Made by a program: the position numbers and the translations under genes
The notes under the pieces: model-generated
What the model was told of the DNA's origin: nothing
The model's input: the letters and a program-made list of their open reading frames with translations, nothing else
Database searches by the model: none
In this document: positions 10,818 through 19,918 of the stretch, one piece after another
Numbering within the stretch: the first letter of the stretch is position 1
How the letters are laid out: every line of letters starts with the position of its first letter
Source: an uncultured Gemmatimonadaceae bacterium
GTDB taxonomy: Bacteria > Gemmatimonadota > Gemmatimonadetes > Gemmatimonadales > Gemmatimonadaceae
Direction of reading: 5' to 3'
DNA length: 64,000 bases
Assembly (NCBI GenBank): GCA_963843845.1
Contig: CAWJMB010000002.1
Span: 3,104,001-3,168,000, forward strand

Positions 10818-10938
10818 CGTGACGGGCGCGACGCGACCGCGGGGTACAATTTCCCGCAAGTTCCTGTAGATTCAGCAGTTCCGCGCCGGTGGCACGTCTG
10901 AGGCGCGCAGTCGACGCACCCTCTTTCCGGCACACGCG

Positions 10939-11181
10939 ATGAAGGCCGATATCCACCCGCACTATCATCCGGTCGTCTTCAAAGACCTCTCGAACGGGCA
11001 GCTCATCGTCACCCGCTCGACGATGACCAGCGAACAGAAGATTCGCCTGAGCGACGGGAACGAGTACCCGGTCGTGACGCTCGAGATCACGAACATGTCG
11101 CACCCGTTCTTCACCGGCGAGCAGCGCCTTCTCGACACGCAGGGACGCGTCGACAAGTTCAAGAAGCGCTACGGCCGCTGA
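10939..11181 (+). CDS. rpmE2: 50S ribosomal protein L31 type B (no Cys)
   Basis: MKADIHPHYHPVVFKD...SHPFFTGEQRLLDTQGRVDKFKKRYG. Confidence 0.95.
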   Translation: MKADIHPHYHPVVFKDLSNGQLIVTRSTMTSEQKIRLSDGNEYPVVTLEITNMSHPFFTGEQRLLDTQGRVDKFKKRYGR

Positions 11182-11198
11182 GCGGTTCGCGGACAGCG

Positions 11199-11240
11199 CC
11201 GAGGCCCTTCGTCACCGCGACGAGGGGCCTCGGTCGTTTC
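11199..11240 (+). terminator. Intrinsic terminator-like hairpin after rpmE2
   Basis: CCGAGGCCCTTCGTC-ACCGC-GACGAGGGGCCTCGG followed by TCGTTTC. Confidence 0.7.
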
Positions 11241-11369
11241 GCGGTGTGTCGATGCGACGCACCGTGTGACGGCGATGTGGCGGTAGCGCGCGACGATGCC
11301 GGGTCGCGCTCGCGCCACCCGTTCGACCCGGCCTATGTTGAAGCTCGCGCGCCGACACAGGGAGGACAC

Positions 11370-11543
11370 ATGGCGACCGTCACGACGCACGATCGGCGGC
11401 TCACCGCCGCGCAACGCCACGGCCGGCCGGACACGGAACGCGTGCACGTCGAGACGGACACGATCGACGGCGATGCGGTGTGCGGCGTTCCGATGCGCGT
11501 CGCGCCGGCGGTCGCGCTCGCGCCTCCCACGCGACGCGGGTAG
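11370..11543 (+). CDS. Small hypothetical protein (57 aa) at the head of the bio operon
   Basis: Strong SD GGAGG 4 nt before the ATG; stop TAG is separated by 1 nt from the bioF GTG. Confidence 0.5.
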   Translation: MATVTTHDRRLTAAQRHGRPDTERVHVETDTIDGDAVCGVPMRVAPAVALAPPTRRG

Positions 11544-11544
11544 C

Positions 11545-12813
11545 GTGCGCTCACCATCGCCGTCGCTCGACGACGCACTGCACGCCGAGCTCCGCGACCT
11601 CGACCGACGCGCCTTGCGACGCACGCTCCGGTCGACGCGGCGACTCGGCGGCGCGCGACTCGCCGTCGAGGGGCGCGTGGTCACGGACTTCGCGTCGAAC
11701 GACTATCTCGGCCTGGCCGACGATCCGCGCATCGCACAGGCGGCGGCGGCGGCGCTGACCGCGCGCGGCGTCGGCGCCGGCGCGGCGCGGCTCATCACCG
11801 GCGACGACCCGGCGCACGGCGCGCTCGAACGCGCGCTGGCCGAGCTGAAGGGAACCGAGCGCGCGCTGCTCTTCTCGAGCGGCTACGCGGCGAACGTCGG
11901 CGCGCTCTCCGCGCTGGCCGGCGCGGACGACGTGATCTACTCGGACGCGCTGAATCACGCGTCGCTGATCGACGGGTGCCGGCTGTCGCGGGCGACCGTT
12001 CGCGTGGTGCCGCACAACGACGTGGGGGCACTCGACCAGGCGTTGAGCGACGACGCCGGCCGCTTCCGTCGGCGCTGGGTCGTCGTCGAAGGCGTCTACT
12101 CGATGGACGGCGACCTCGCGCCGCTCGACGCGATCGTCGCCACCGCGCGTGCGCACGGCGCATTCACCCTCCTCGACGACGCGCACGCGACCGGCGTCGT
12201 CGGTCCGCAGGGGCGCGGCACGGCCGCGCACCACGGCGTCGCCGTCGACGTCACGGTCGGCACGCTCGGGAAAGCGTTCGGCACGTCGGGCGCCTTCGTC
12301 GCCGGGTCGGCGGCGCTGTGCGACGTGCTGCTCAACCGCGCGCGCTCGTTCGTGTTCACGACCGCGTCGCCGCCGGTGCTCGCGGTCGCCGCGATGCGCG
12401 CGCTCGACGTCGCGCGGGCTGAGCCGTGGCGGCGCGCGCGGGTGCAGGCGAACGCACGCCGTCTGCGCGCCGGGCTCGCGACGCTCGGCGAGGCGCCCCC
12501 GGGCGCGGACGACGGCCACATCGTCCCCGTGCTCGTCGGCGACGCGGCGCGCGTCGTGGCGATCGGCGCCGCGCTGCTCGACCGCGGCTTCGCGGTCGGC
12601 GCGATCCGCCCGCCGACGGTGGCCGAGGGGAGCGCGCGACTGCGACTGAGCGTGAGCGCGGCGCACGACGACGGACAGATCGACGCGCTGCTCGGCGCGC
12701 TCGCCGATCTGGCACGCGCCGACACCACGCGCGAACCGGTTCACCTTGCCGCCGACGACGGGCGCGACGCGCCCGTCGTCGGCGGCTCTCTCGCAATCAC
12801 GGCCCACGCATGA
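11545..12813 (+). CDS. bioF: 8-amino-7-oxononanoate synthase
   Basis: FASNDYLGLA, FSSGYAAN, NHASLIDG, EGVYSMDGD, DDAHATG and GTLGKAFG (PLP Lys). Confidence 0.93.
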   Translation: MRSPSPSLDDALHAELRDLDRRALRRTLRSTRRLGGARLAVEGRVVTDFASNDYLGLADDPRIAQAAAAALTARGVGAGAARLITGDDPAHGALERALAELKGTERALLFSSGYAANVGALSALAGADDVIYSDALNHASLIDGCRLSRATVRVVPHNDVGALDQALSDDAGRFRRRWVVVEGVYSMDGDLAPLDAIVATARAHGAFTLLDDAHATGVVGPQGRGTAAHHGVAVDVTVGTLGKAFGTSGAFVAGSAALCDVLLNRARSFVFTTASPPVLAVAAMRALDVARAEPWRRARVQANARRLRAGLATLGEAPPGADDGHIVPVLVGDAARVVAIGAALLDRGFAVGAIRPPTVAEGSARLRLSVSAAHDDGQIDALLGALADLARADTTREPVHLAADDGRDAPVVGGSLAITAHA

Positions 12814-14093
12814 CCGATTACGACATCCCGACGCTCGACGCGCGGCACGTGTGGCACCCGTACACGCAGCACCTCACCGCGCCGACGCCGATCGTCGTCG
12901 AGCGGGCCGAGGGCGCCTACCTGTACGACGCGAGCGGACGGCAGATCCTCGACGCGATCTCGAGCTGGTGGGTCACGCTCCACGGGCACGGCACGCCGGA
13001 GATCGCCGACGCGATCGCGCGGCAGGCGCGCACGCTCGACCAGGTCATCTTCGCCGGCTGCACGCACGAGCCGGCGGTGCGCCTCGCCGACGGGCTCGTG
13101 CACGCGGCCCCGCCCGGGCTCTCGCGCGTGTTCTTCTCCGACAACGGATCGACGGCGGTCGAGGCGGCGGTGAAGATGGCGCTGCAGTACGCGGCGAACC
13201 GCGGCACGCCGCGGCGACTGGTGGCGGCGCTCGAACACGCGTACCACGGCGACACGTTCGGCGCGATGAGCGTCGGCGACCGCAGCGTGTTCTCGGCGCC
13301 GTTCGACGAGCACCTGTTCGACGTCGCGCGGCTCCCCGACCCCGGCGTCGATCCGGACGCGACGCTGCGTGCGTTCGATGCGCTGCTCGCGGACCGAGCG
13401 GGCGAGGTCGCGGCGCTCATCGTCGAGCCGCTCGTGTTGGGCGCCGGGGGCATGCGTCTCTGGCACGAGACGACGCTGCGCGCCCTCGCCGCTCGCTGCC
13501 GCGCGCACGACGTGCTGCTGATCGCGGACGAGGTGTTGACCGGGTTCGGGCGCACGGGCGCGCTGTTCGCCTGCGCGCGCGCCGCGATCACCCCGGACAT
13601 CATGTGCCTGTCGAAGGGGATCACCGGCGGCTTCCTGCCGTTAGGCGCGACGCTCGCGACGGAGCGGGTCTTCGCGGCGTTCCTGAGCAACGACCGGCGG
13701 CGCACACTGTTCCACGGCCACTCGTACACGGCGAACCCGATCGCCTGCGCGGCGGCGCTCGCCAGTCTCGCGCTCGTGCGGGCGCCAGAGTCGATCGCCG
13801 CACGCGCGCGCATCGAGGCGGCACACGGGCGCGGGATCGCGCGGATCGCCGGCCACCCGCGCGTGAAGCGTCCGCGGGTGCTCGGCACGATCGCGGCGTT
13901 CGAGCTCGCGGGGACGGAGCACGGGTACCTCGCCCACGTCGGGCCCGCGCTGGGCGCGTTCGCGCTGGAGCGCGGCGTGCTGCTCCGGCCGTTGGGCGAC
14001 ACCTGCTACCTCATGCCACCCTACTGCACGAGCGACGACGATCTCGCCCACGCATACGACGTCATCGCGGGATTTCTCGACGGTGGGCCGTGA
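12810..14093 (+). CDS. bioA: Adenosylmethionine-8-amino-7-oxononanoate transaminase
   Basis: VWHPYTQ, DAISSWWVTLHGH, YHGDTFGAMSV, IADEVLTGFGRTG and CLSKGITGG. Confidence 0.93.
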   Translation: MTDYDIPTLDARHVWHPYTQHLTAPTPIVVERAEGAYLYDASGRQILDAISSWWVTLHGHGTPEIADAIARQARTLDQVIFAGCTHEPAVRLADGLVHAAPPGLSRVFFSDNGSTAVEAAVKMALQYAANRGTPRRLVAALEHAYHGDTFGAMSVGDRSVFSAPFDEHLFDVARLPDPGVDPDATLRAFDALLADRAGEVAALIVEPLVLGAGGMRLWHETTLRALAARCRAHDVLLIADEVLTGFGRTGALFACARAAITPDIMCLSKGITGGFLPLGATLATERVFAAFLSNDRRRTLFHGHSYTANPIACAAALASLALVRAPESIAARARIEAAHGRGIARIAGHPRVKRPRVLGTIAAFELAGTEHGYLAHVGPALGAFALERGVLLRPLGDTCYLMPPYCTSDDDLAHAYDVIAGFLDGGP

Positions 14094-14686
14094 CGAGACG
14101 ACCGCGCCGGGGCCGTGCGCGGCTCGGGGCCAGCGTGTGCCTCGTCGTCGCGGCGTGTGGCACCGAGCGGGCGGCGAACGAGGCGGCGGCGCGTGGCTCG
14201 ACGCGTGCCGCGACGCTGCCGACCGACTCGGCGGTCGCGACCGGGCCCGACGGATCGTCCGCAGGCGCCGAGGACGGCGCGGCGTGTGGCGACGCGTTGC
14301 GGGTGACGATCCTCGCGTCCGACACGGGTGCCGGTGAGCGGAGCGCGACGTTCGCGCTCATGAACGTCGGCGCGACGCGGTGCACGATCTCGGGGCGGCC
14401 GATCGTCGAGGCGCGGACGCGGGGCGCGGCGACCGAGGGTGCGCGAGCGGGCGGACTGAAGGTGACGTATTCGCCCGACCCGGCGGTCACGGTCGCGCCG
14501 GGCGCGCGCGCGACGTTCGGCGTCAGCTACACGGGCATCCGGGTGGCCGGCCGCCCGTGCGTCGACGCCGACTCGCTCCGCGTCACGCCACCCGGGGCGA
14601 CGCGCGCGACGGCGCTGCCGCTGACGATGCATCTCTGCGGGGAACGCGTGCTGCGCGTCGGCGCCGTACAGTCGTCGGCACCATGA
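14090..14686 (+). CDS. Lipoprotein with DUF4232-like domain
   Basis: Lipobox VVAAC; C...DTGAGERSATFALMNVGATRCTISGRP...VTVAPGARATF...LRVTPPG pattern; GTGA and ATGA overlaps with bioA and bioD. Confidence 0.65.
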   Translation: MTRRPRRGRARLGASVCLVVAACGTERAANEAAARGSTRAATLPTDSAVATGPDGSSAGAEDGAACGDALRVTILASDTGAGERSATFALMNVGATRCTISGRPIVEARTRGAATEGARAGGLKVTYSPDPAVTVAPGARATFGVSYTGIRVAGRPCVDADSLRVTPPGATRATALPLTMHLCGERVLRVGAVQSSAP

Positions 14687-15480
14687 CGGGGCGGGCGGCC
14701 GTCGCACCCCCGTCCGGCCGCTCGCCGACGCTCCGGCTCGGCGTCACGGGCACCGATACCGGCGTCGGCAAGACGGTCGTCACCTGCGCGCTCGCGGCCG
14801 CGCTGCGCGCGCGCGGACGCACCGTGGCCGCGATGAAGCCCGTCGAGACCGGCGTCTCGCCGAGCGGGCCGCGCAGCGACGTGACCGACGCGGCTCGCCT
14901 GCACCGCGCGATCACCGCGAGCGTCGGTGACCCGGCCGACGCCGCGCCCGGCGTCGAGATCGACGACCTGAACCCGCTGCGCCTCGGCGAGCCGCTCGCG
15001 CCGTGGATCGCGGCGGAGCGCACGGGGCGTCCGATCGACGTCGAGGCGCTCGATGCGGCGCGTGCGCGACTCGAGCGCGGCCGCGACGTGCTGCTCGTCG
15101 AAGGCGCGGGCGGGCTGCTCGTGCCGTTCACGGCGTCGCTCGCGTTCGCCGACCTCGTCGCGCGCTGGTCGCTCGACCTCGTGGTCGTCGCCGCGAACCG
15201 GCTCGGGGCGATCAACCACACGCTGCTCACCGTCCGCGAGGCGCACCGCCGCGGCCTCGTCGTGCGCGCCGTCGTCCTCGTCGCCCCGGAGGTCGAGGAC
15301 CTCGCGTCGCGCACGAACGTCGAGGCGTTCGGCGTCCTCCTCGGAGCGCGCGGCGACGTGCCTCGCGTTCCGCTCGTGCCGTTTCCGCGCCTTCCGGGTG
15401 CCGTGGTCGACGACGACCAGCTGCCGGCGCTCGCCGCGGCCGCCGGGCCGCTCGCCGAACTCCTGAGCGCGCCGCGTTAG
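14683..15480 (+). CDS. bioD: Dethiobiotin synthase
   Basis: [28 protein letters not shown] and LGAINHTLL. Confidence 0.93.
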   Translation: MTGRAAVAPPSGRSPTLRLGVTGTDTGVGKTVVTCALAAALRARGRTVAAMKPVETGVSPSGPRSDVTDAARLHRAITASVGDPADAAPGVEIDDLNPLRLGEPLAPWIAAERTGRPIDVEALDAARARLERGRDVLLVEGAGGLLVPFTASLAFADLVARWSLDLVVVAANRLGAINHTLLTVREAHRRGLVVRAVVLVAPEVEDLASRTNVEAFGVLLGARGDVPRVPLVPFPRLPGAVVDDDQLPALAAAAGPLAELLSAPR

Positions 15481-15509
15481 ATTCGGGGCGTCACTCAGCC
15501 CGAGCTTCG

Positions 15510-16565
15510 ATGTCAGACTGGAACGCCTTCGCCGACCGCGCGCTCGCCGGCGAACTGCTGTCGCGAGAGGAGGCGCGCGCTGTCCTCGCCGCGCCCGACG
15601 ACGTGCTGCTCGACCAGCTCGCCGCGGCGTATCGCGTGCGCCGCCACTTCTGGGGGAACCGCGTCCGCCTGCACTTCCTGCTGAACGCGCAGAGCGGACT
15701 CTGCCCCGAAGACTGCGGCTACTGCTCGCAGTCGAAGGTCTCGGCGGCGGAGATCGAGAAGTACCCGATGCTCGCCCGCGAGCGGATCCTCGACGCGGCC
15801 GACCGCGCGGCGCGGCTCAAGGCGGGGACGTTCTGCATGGTCATCTCCGGCCGCTCGCCCGGCGGCCGCGTGTTCGAGAAGGTGCTCGACGCGGTGCGCG
15901 AGGTGAAGGCGCGCCACGACCTGCGGGTCTGCGCCTGTCTCGGTCTGCTGACGCCCGAGCAGGCGGTCGCGCTCAAGGAGGCGGGGGTGACGCAGGTCAA
16001 TCACAACCTGAACACGTCCGCGCGCTACACGCCCGAGATCGTCTCGACGCACACGTTCGACGACCGCGTCGCGACCGTCGAGCACGTGAAGGCCGCGGGG
16101 CTCAAGACCTGCTCGGGCGGCATCGTCGGCATGGGGGAGACCGACGACGACGTCATCGACCTCGCGCTGTCGCTCCGCGAGCTCGAGGTGCGCTCGGTGC
16201 CGGTGAACTTCCTCATTCCGGTGCCGGGCACGTCGTTCTCGCACGTGCGCGAGCTCGACCCGCGCCGCTGTCTCCGCGTCCTCGCGCTCTATCGGTTCCT
16301 GCTGCCGTCGCAGGAGATCCGCATCGCCGGCGGGCGCGAGGTGCACCTCCGCTCGATGCAGGTGATGGGGCTCTACGCCGCGAACTCGATCTTCATCGGC
16401 GACTACCTCACGACGCAGGGCGCGGCCGCGCGCGCCGACCTCGAGATGATCCGCGACGCCGGCTTCGTGCTCGAGACGCCGGACGGCGCGCCGTTCGAGG
16501 GGGACCCGTTCGAGGCGCTCCCGGAGAGCTACCCGCGCGCGCCGCTCCCCATGGTGGCGGTCTAA
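15510..16565 (+). CDS. bioB: Biotin synthase (radical SAM)
   Basis: [34 protein letters not shown] and [12 protein letters not shown]. Confidence 0.95.
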   Translation: MSDWNAFADRALAGELLSREEARAVLAAPDDVLLDQLAAAYRVRRHFWGNRVRLHFLLNAQSGLCPEDCGYCSQSKVSAAEIEKYPMLARERILDAADRAARLKAGTFCMVISGRSPGGRVFEKVLDAVREVKARHDLRVCACLGLLTPEQAVALKEAGVTQVNHNLNTSARYTPEIVSTHTFDDRVATVEHVKAAGLKTCSGGIVGMGETDDDVIDLALSLRELEVRSVPVNFLIPVPGTSFSHVRELDPRRCLRVLALYRFLLPSQEIRIAGGREVHLRSMQVMGLYAANSIFIGDYLTTQGAAARADLEMIRDAGFVLETPDGAPFEGDPFEALPESYPRAPLPMVAV

Positions 16566-16571
16566 CCGGCC

Positions 16572-17219
16572 GTGGGCGATCCGTTAGGCGTCGCTGCCAT
16601 GCGCGCGTCCTACGAGCGCGGCGCGCTCGACGAGGGGTCGACGGACCCGGACCCGATCGCGCAGTTCGTGCGGTGGTTCCAGGAGGCCCGCGACGCCGGC
16701 GTGCGCGAGCCGAACGGCATGACGCTCGCCACGACCACGCCCGACGGCCACCCTTCGGCGCGGGTCGTGCTGCTCAAGGGCGTCGACGCGCGGGGGTTCG
16801 CGTTCTACACCGACTACCGCAGCCGAAAAGGCGCCGAGCTCGCCGCGAACCCGTACGCCGCGCTCGTGTTCTGGTGGGAACCGCTCGAGCGGCAGGTGCG
16901 CATCGGCGGTCGCGCCGAGCGCGTGTCGCGCGACGAGTCGGCCGCGTACTTCGCGACGCGTCCGCGCGGCAGTCAGCTCGGCGCGTGGACGTCGCGCCAG
17001 TCGTCCGTGGTATCGGATCGCGCCGAGCTCGATCGCGCGTCAGGCGCCACGGACGCTCGGTTCCCCGCCGAGGTGCCGCTCCCCGAGCACTGGGGCGGCT
17101 TTCGCGTCGTGCCGTCGGAGATCGAGTTCTGGCAGGGGCGGCGCGACCGGCTGCACGACCGGCTCCGCTACCGCCGCGCCGGCGACGGTCCGTGGACGCG
17201 CGAGCGGCTCTCACCCTGA
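16572..17219 (+). CDS. pdxH: Pyridoxamine 5'-phosphate oxidase (start GTG 16572 or ATG 16599)
   Basis: PSARVVLLKG, RQVRIGG, YFATRPRGSQLGAW and EFWQGRRDRLHDR. Confidence 0.93.
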   Translation: MGDPLGVAAMRASYERGALDEGSTDPDPIAQFVRWFQEARDAGVREPNGMTLATTTPDGHPSARVVLLKGVDARGFAFYTDYRSRKGAELAANPYAALVFWWEPLERQVRIGGRAERVSRDESAAYFATRPRGSQLGAWTSRQSSVVSDRAELDRASGATDARFPAEVPLPEHWGGFRVVPSEIEFWQGRRDRLHDRLRYRRAGDGPWTRERLSP

Positions 17220-17230
17220 CGGCGGGGCCG

Positions 17231-19324
17231 TCAGCTCGCTCGCCGCAGCTCGTCCGGCGACGCGCTCAGCAGCGCGGTGATCTCGTCCGCCTCGACCGGA
17301 TGCGCGAACAGGAAGCCCTGGCCGAACTCGCAGCCGAGCGACCGGAGCTGCTCGTGCTGCGCGGTGCGCTGCACGCCTTCCGCGATCGTGTGCAGCGACA
17401 GCGAGTCGCCGAGCGCGATGATCGTCCGGGCGAGCGCGGCCTCGTTGCCGCCGCGGCTCATCCCCTCGACGAATCGGCGGTCGATCTTGAGCACGTCGAG
17501 CGGGAAGTCCTGTAGGTAGCTGAGCGACGAGTAGCCGGTCCCGAAGTCGTCGATCGCGAGGCGGAGGCCCAGCGCCTTCAGCGCGTGCAACCGTTCGAGC
17601 ATCGACCCGTCGTGCTGCAGGAACACGCTCTCGGTCAGCTCGAGGACGAGCTGCGTCGCCGGGAAGCCGCTCGCCATGAGCGCGTCGTGCACGTCGTCGA
17701 CGAACGACGGGTCGTGCAGTTGGCGCCCCGAGACGTTCACCGTGAGCGACAGCGGCGGCGCGTCTCCGCTCGCGTCGCGCAGGCGGTGCCACCGCATGCC
17801 CTGCCGGCACGCCTCGAACAGCACCCACCGGCCTAACGGGACGATGTGCCCCGTCTCCTCGGCGAGGGGAATGAAGTCCGCCGGCGGCAGGAGGCCGAGC
17901 GTCGGGTGCTGCCAGCGCACGAGCGCCTCGACGCCGACGATCCGTTCGCCGTCGAGCTCGACGATCGGCTGGAAATGCAGCCGGAGCTGGTTCCCTTCGA
18001 CCGCGTGGCGCAGCGCGGCTTCGAGCTCGAGGCGGCGCAACGCGTCCTCCTGCATCCCGCGCTCGTACATCACGTGCCGTCCCTTCCCCGCACCTTTCGC
18101 GCGGTACATCGCGACGTCCGCGTTGCGCAGGAGCGTGTCGGCGGTGTCGGGCACCGCCGGGTCGATCCCGGCGCGCGCGATCCCGACACTGGCGCCGACG
18201 AACGCCTCCTTGCCTTCCACGATCACCGGCGCTCGCATCGCTCGCACGACGCGCTCGGCGACGATGTGCACGTCGTCGTCGGTGCGAACGTTCTCGAGCA
18301 GGATCGCGAACTCGTCGCCGCCGAGTCGCGCGACGGTGTCGCTGCCCCGCGTCGCGTTCAGCAGCCGCTCGGCCACCGTCCGCAGCAGCGCGTCGCCGGC
18401 CGCGTGGCCCAACGAATCGTTCACCTTCTTGAAGTCGTCGAGGTCCACGTAGATCAGCGCGACGCTCTGCGCGGACCGGTTCGGCATCGACAGCACGTGC
18501 TCCACGCGGTCGCGGAGCCGGGTGCGATTCGCGAGCCCGGTGAGCGGGTCGTGATACGCCTGATGGCTGAGCCGCGTCTCGAGCTCCTTGCGCTCGGAGA
18601 TGTCGTAGATCAGGCCGACGAGCGTCGCGTCGTCGCCCTGCGTATGGAGGCGCGAGATCGTGAGGCTGCACCACACCGTGCCGCCGTCGGCGCGGAGGAA
18701 GCGCTTCTCGACGGTGATCGAGTCGCGCACGCCGGATCGCAACTCCGCGATCGGCCCGCGCGTGATCATGGCGTCTTCGACGGGCGAGAGCGACGCCGCC
18801 ACCTGCCCGCGCAACTCCGCGGCCGGGATGCCTAACAGTCGCTCGAACGCGGGGTTCGCGTCGTGCACGACGCCGGCGTCGTCGATGAACGTGATGCCGA
18901 TCGCGGCCTGGTCGAACATCGCGCGCAGCCGCGACTCGCTCGCGCTGACCCGCGCCGCGACCTCGACGCGCTCGGTGACGTCGCGGACCGTCGCGAGCCC
19001 GCCCACGATCGCGCCGGACGCGTCGCGCACCGGGACGCACGACGTGTCGAAGTAGCGTGCGGCGCCGTCGCGGGTCGCGCGCCCGAGGCGCTCCGTCGCG
19101 CGGCACTCCTCGCCGGCGAGCGCGCGCGCGTACGGCCGTCCCTCAGGACCCCAGTCGACGCTCGCCTCGAACTCGTCGAGCCGGCGGCCGAGGGCGGCGG
19201 CGCGCCCGACGCCGGTCCACTGCTCCATCGCGCGGTTCCATTCGGTGACGCGCTGCTCGCCGTCGAACGCGAACATGGCGTCGGCGATCGACGCGATCAG
19301 CGACGTCGTCGATACGGCGCTCAT
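17231..19324 (-). CDS. PAS-PAS-GGDEF-EAL diguanylate cyclase/phosphodiesterase
   Basis: HDPLTGLANR, RLGGDEF, EALVRW, IDDFGTGYSSL and LKIDR. Confidence 0.93.
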   Translation of the reverse strand: MSAVSTTSLIASIADAMFAFDGEQRVTEWNRAMEQWTGVGRAAALGRRLDEFEASVDWGPEGRPYARALAGEECRATERLGRATRDGAARYFDTSCVPVRDASGAIVGGLATVRDVTERVEVAARVSASESRLRAMFDQAAIGITFIDDAGVVHDANPAFERLLGIPAAELRGQVAASLSPVEDAMITRGPIAELRSGVRDSITVEKRFLRADGGTVWCSLTISRLHTQGDDATLVGLIYDISERKELETRLSHQAYHDPLTGLANRTRLRDRVEHVLSMPNRSAQSVALIYVDLDDFKKVNDSLGHAAGDALLRTVAERLLNATRGSDTVARLGGDEFAILLENVRTDDDVHIVAERVVRAMRAPVIVEGKEAFVGASVGIARAGIDPAVPDTADTLLRNADVAMYRAKGAGKGRHVMYERGMQEDALRRLELEAALRHAVEGNQLRLHFQPIVELDGERIVGVEALVRWQHPTLGLLPPADFIPLAEETGHIVPLGRWVLFEACRQGMRWHRLRDASGDAPPLSLTVNVSGRQLHDPSFVDDVHDALMASGFPATQLVLELTESVFLQHDGSMLERLHALKALGLRLAIDDFGTGYSSLSYLQDFPLDVLKIDRRFVEGMSRGGNEAALARTIIALGDSLSLHTIAEGVQRTAQHEQLRSLGCEFGQGFLFAHPVEADEITALLSASPDELRRAS

Positions 19325-19442
19325 GAGAGTGACAGAGGCGGGGTCGCAGTCGACCGTGGGAACTGACCGTTCACATCGTTTGGGTATCGTCGGCTGCTCG
19401 GCCCAGCTTGAGCGGCGCAGACGACCGACGGATCGCCACGGT

Positions 19443-19513
19443 CTACTAGATATCTAGTTGACAGATGGCGAGCCGCATCGCATGTTGCGGCTTCACTACT
19501 AGAACTCTAGTTG
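19443..19513 (+). promoter_or_regulatory. blaI-1 promoter (TTGACA-N17-CATGTT) with two palindromic operators
   Basis: CTACTAGATATCTAGTTG (19443-19460) overlaps the -35 at 19458; CTACTAGAACTCTAGTTG lies at 19496-19513. Confidence 0.8.
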
Positions 19514-19522
19514 ACAGAGGCC

Positions 19523-19918
19523 ATGCACGTCTCGTTCACCGATCGCGAGCTCGACATCATGGCGGTGCTGTGGGAACGCGGCCCGTCGACGGTGGCCGAG
19601 GTGCGCGCCGCGCTGCTGGACGACCTCGCGTACACGACGGTGCTCAGCATGCTCCGCATTCTCGAGGAGAAAGGACATGTCGCGCACGACGAGGCGAGTC
19701 GCGCCTATCGCTACCGCGCGCTCGTCGCGCGCGAGACGGCGAGTCGCAGCGCGCTCCGCCACGTGCTCGGCCGGCTGTTCGCCGGGTCGCCGGAGCTGCT
19801 GCTGACGCAGCTCGTCGACGAGCGCGGCGTTGCACCTGACGCGTTGGAGCGGATGCGCGCGCTGCTCGACGCGCGGCTCGACGCGCGGCTCGACGCGGCG
19901 GCGGAGGACGAGCGATGA
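19523..19918 (+). CDS. BlaI/MecI/CopY family repressor
   Basis: RELDIMAVLWERGPSTVAEV...LAYTTVLSMLRILEEKG...LFAGSPELL. Confidence 0.92.
   Translation: MHVSFTDRELDIMAVLWERGPSTVAEVRAALLDDLAYTTVLSMLRILEEKGHVAHDEASRAYRYRALVARETASRSALRHVLGRLFAGSPELLLTQLVDERGVAPDALERMRALLDARLDARLDAAAEDER

Noticed and set aside
10820..10938. Zur box upstream of the zinc-free L31 paralog
   Set aside because: An AT-richer stretch and a TACAAT are present, but I saw no convincing palindrome.
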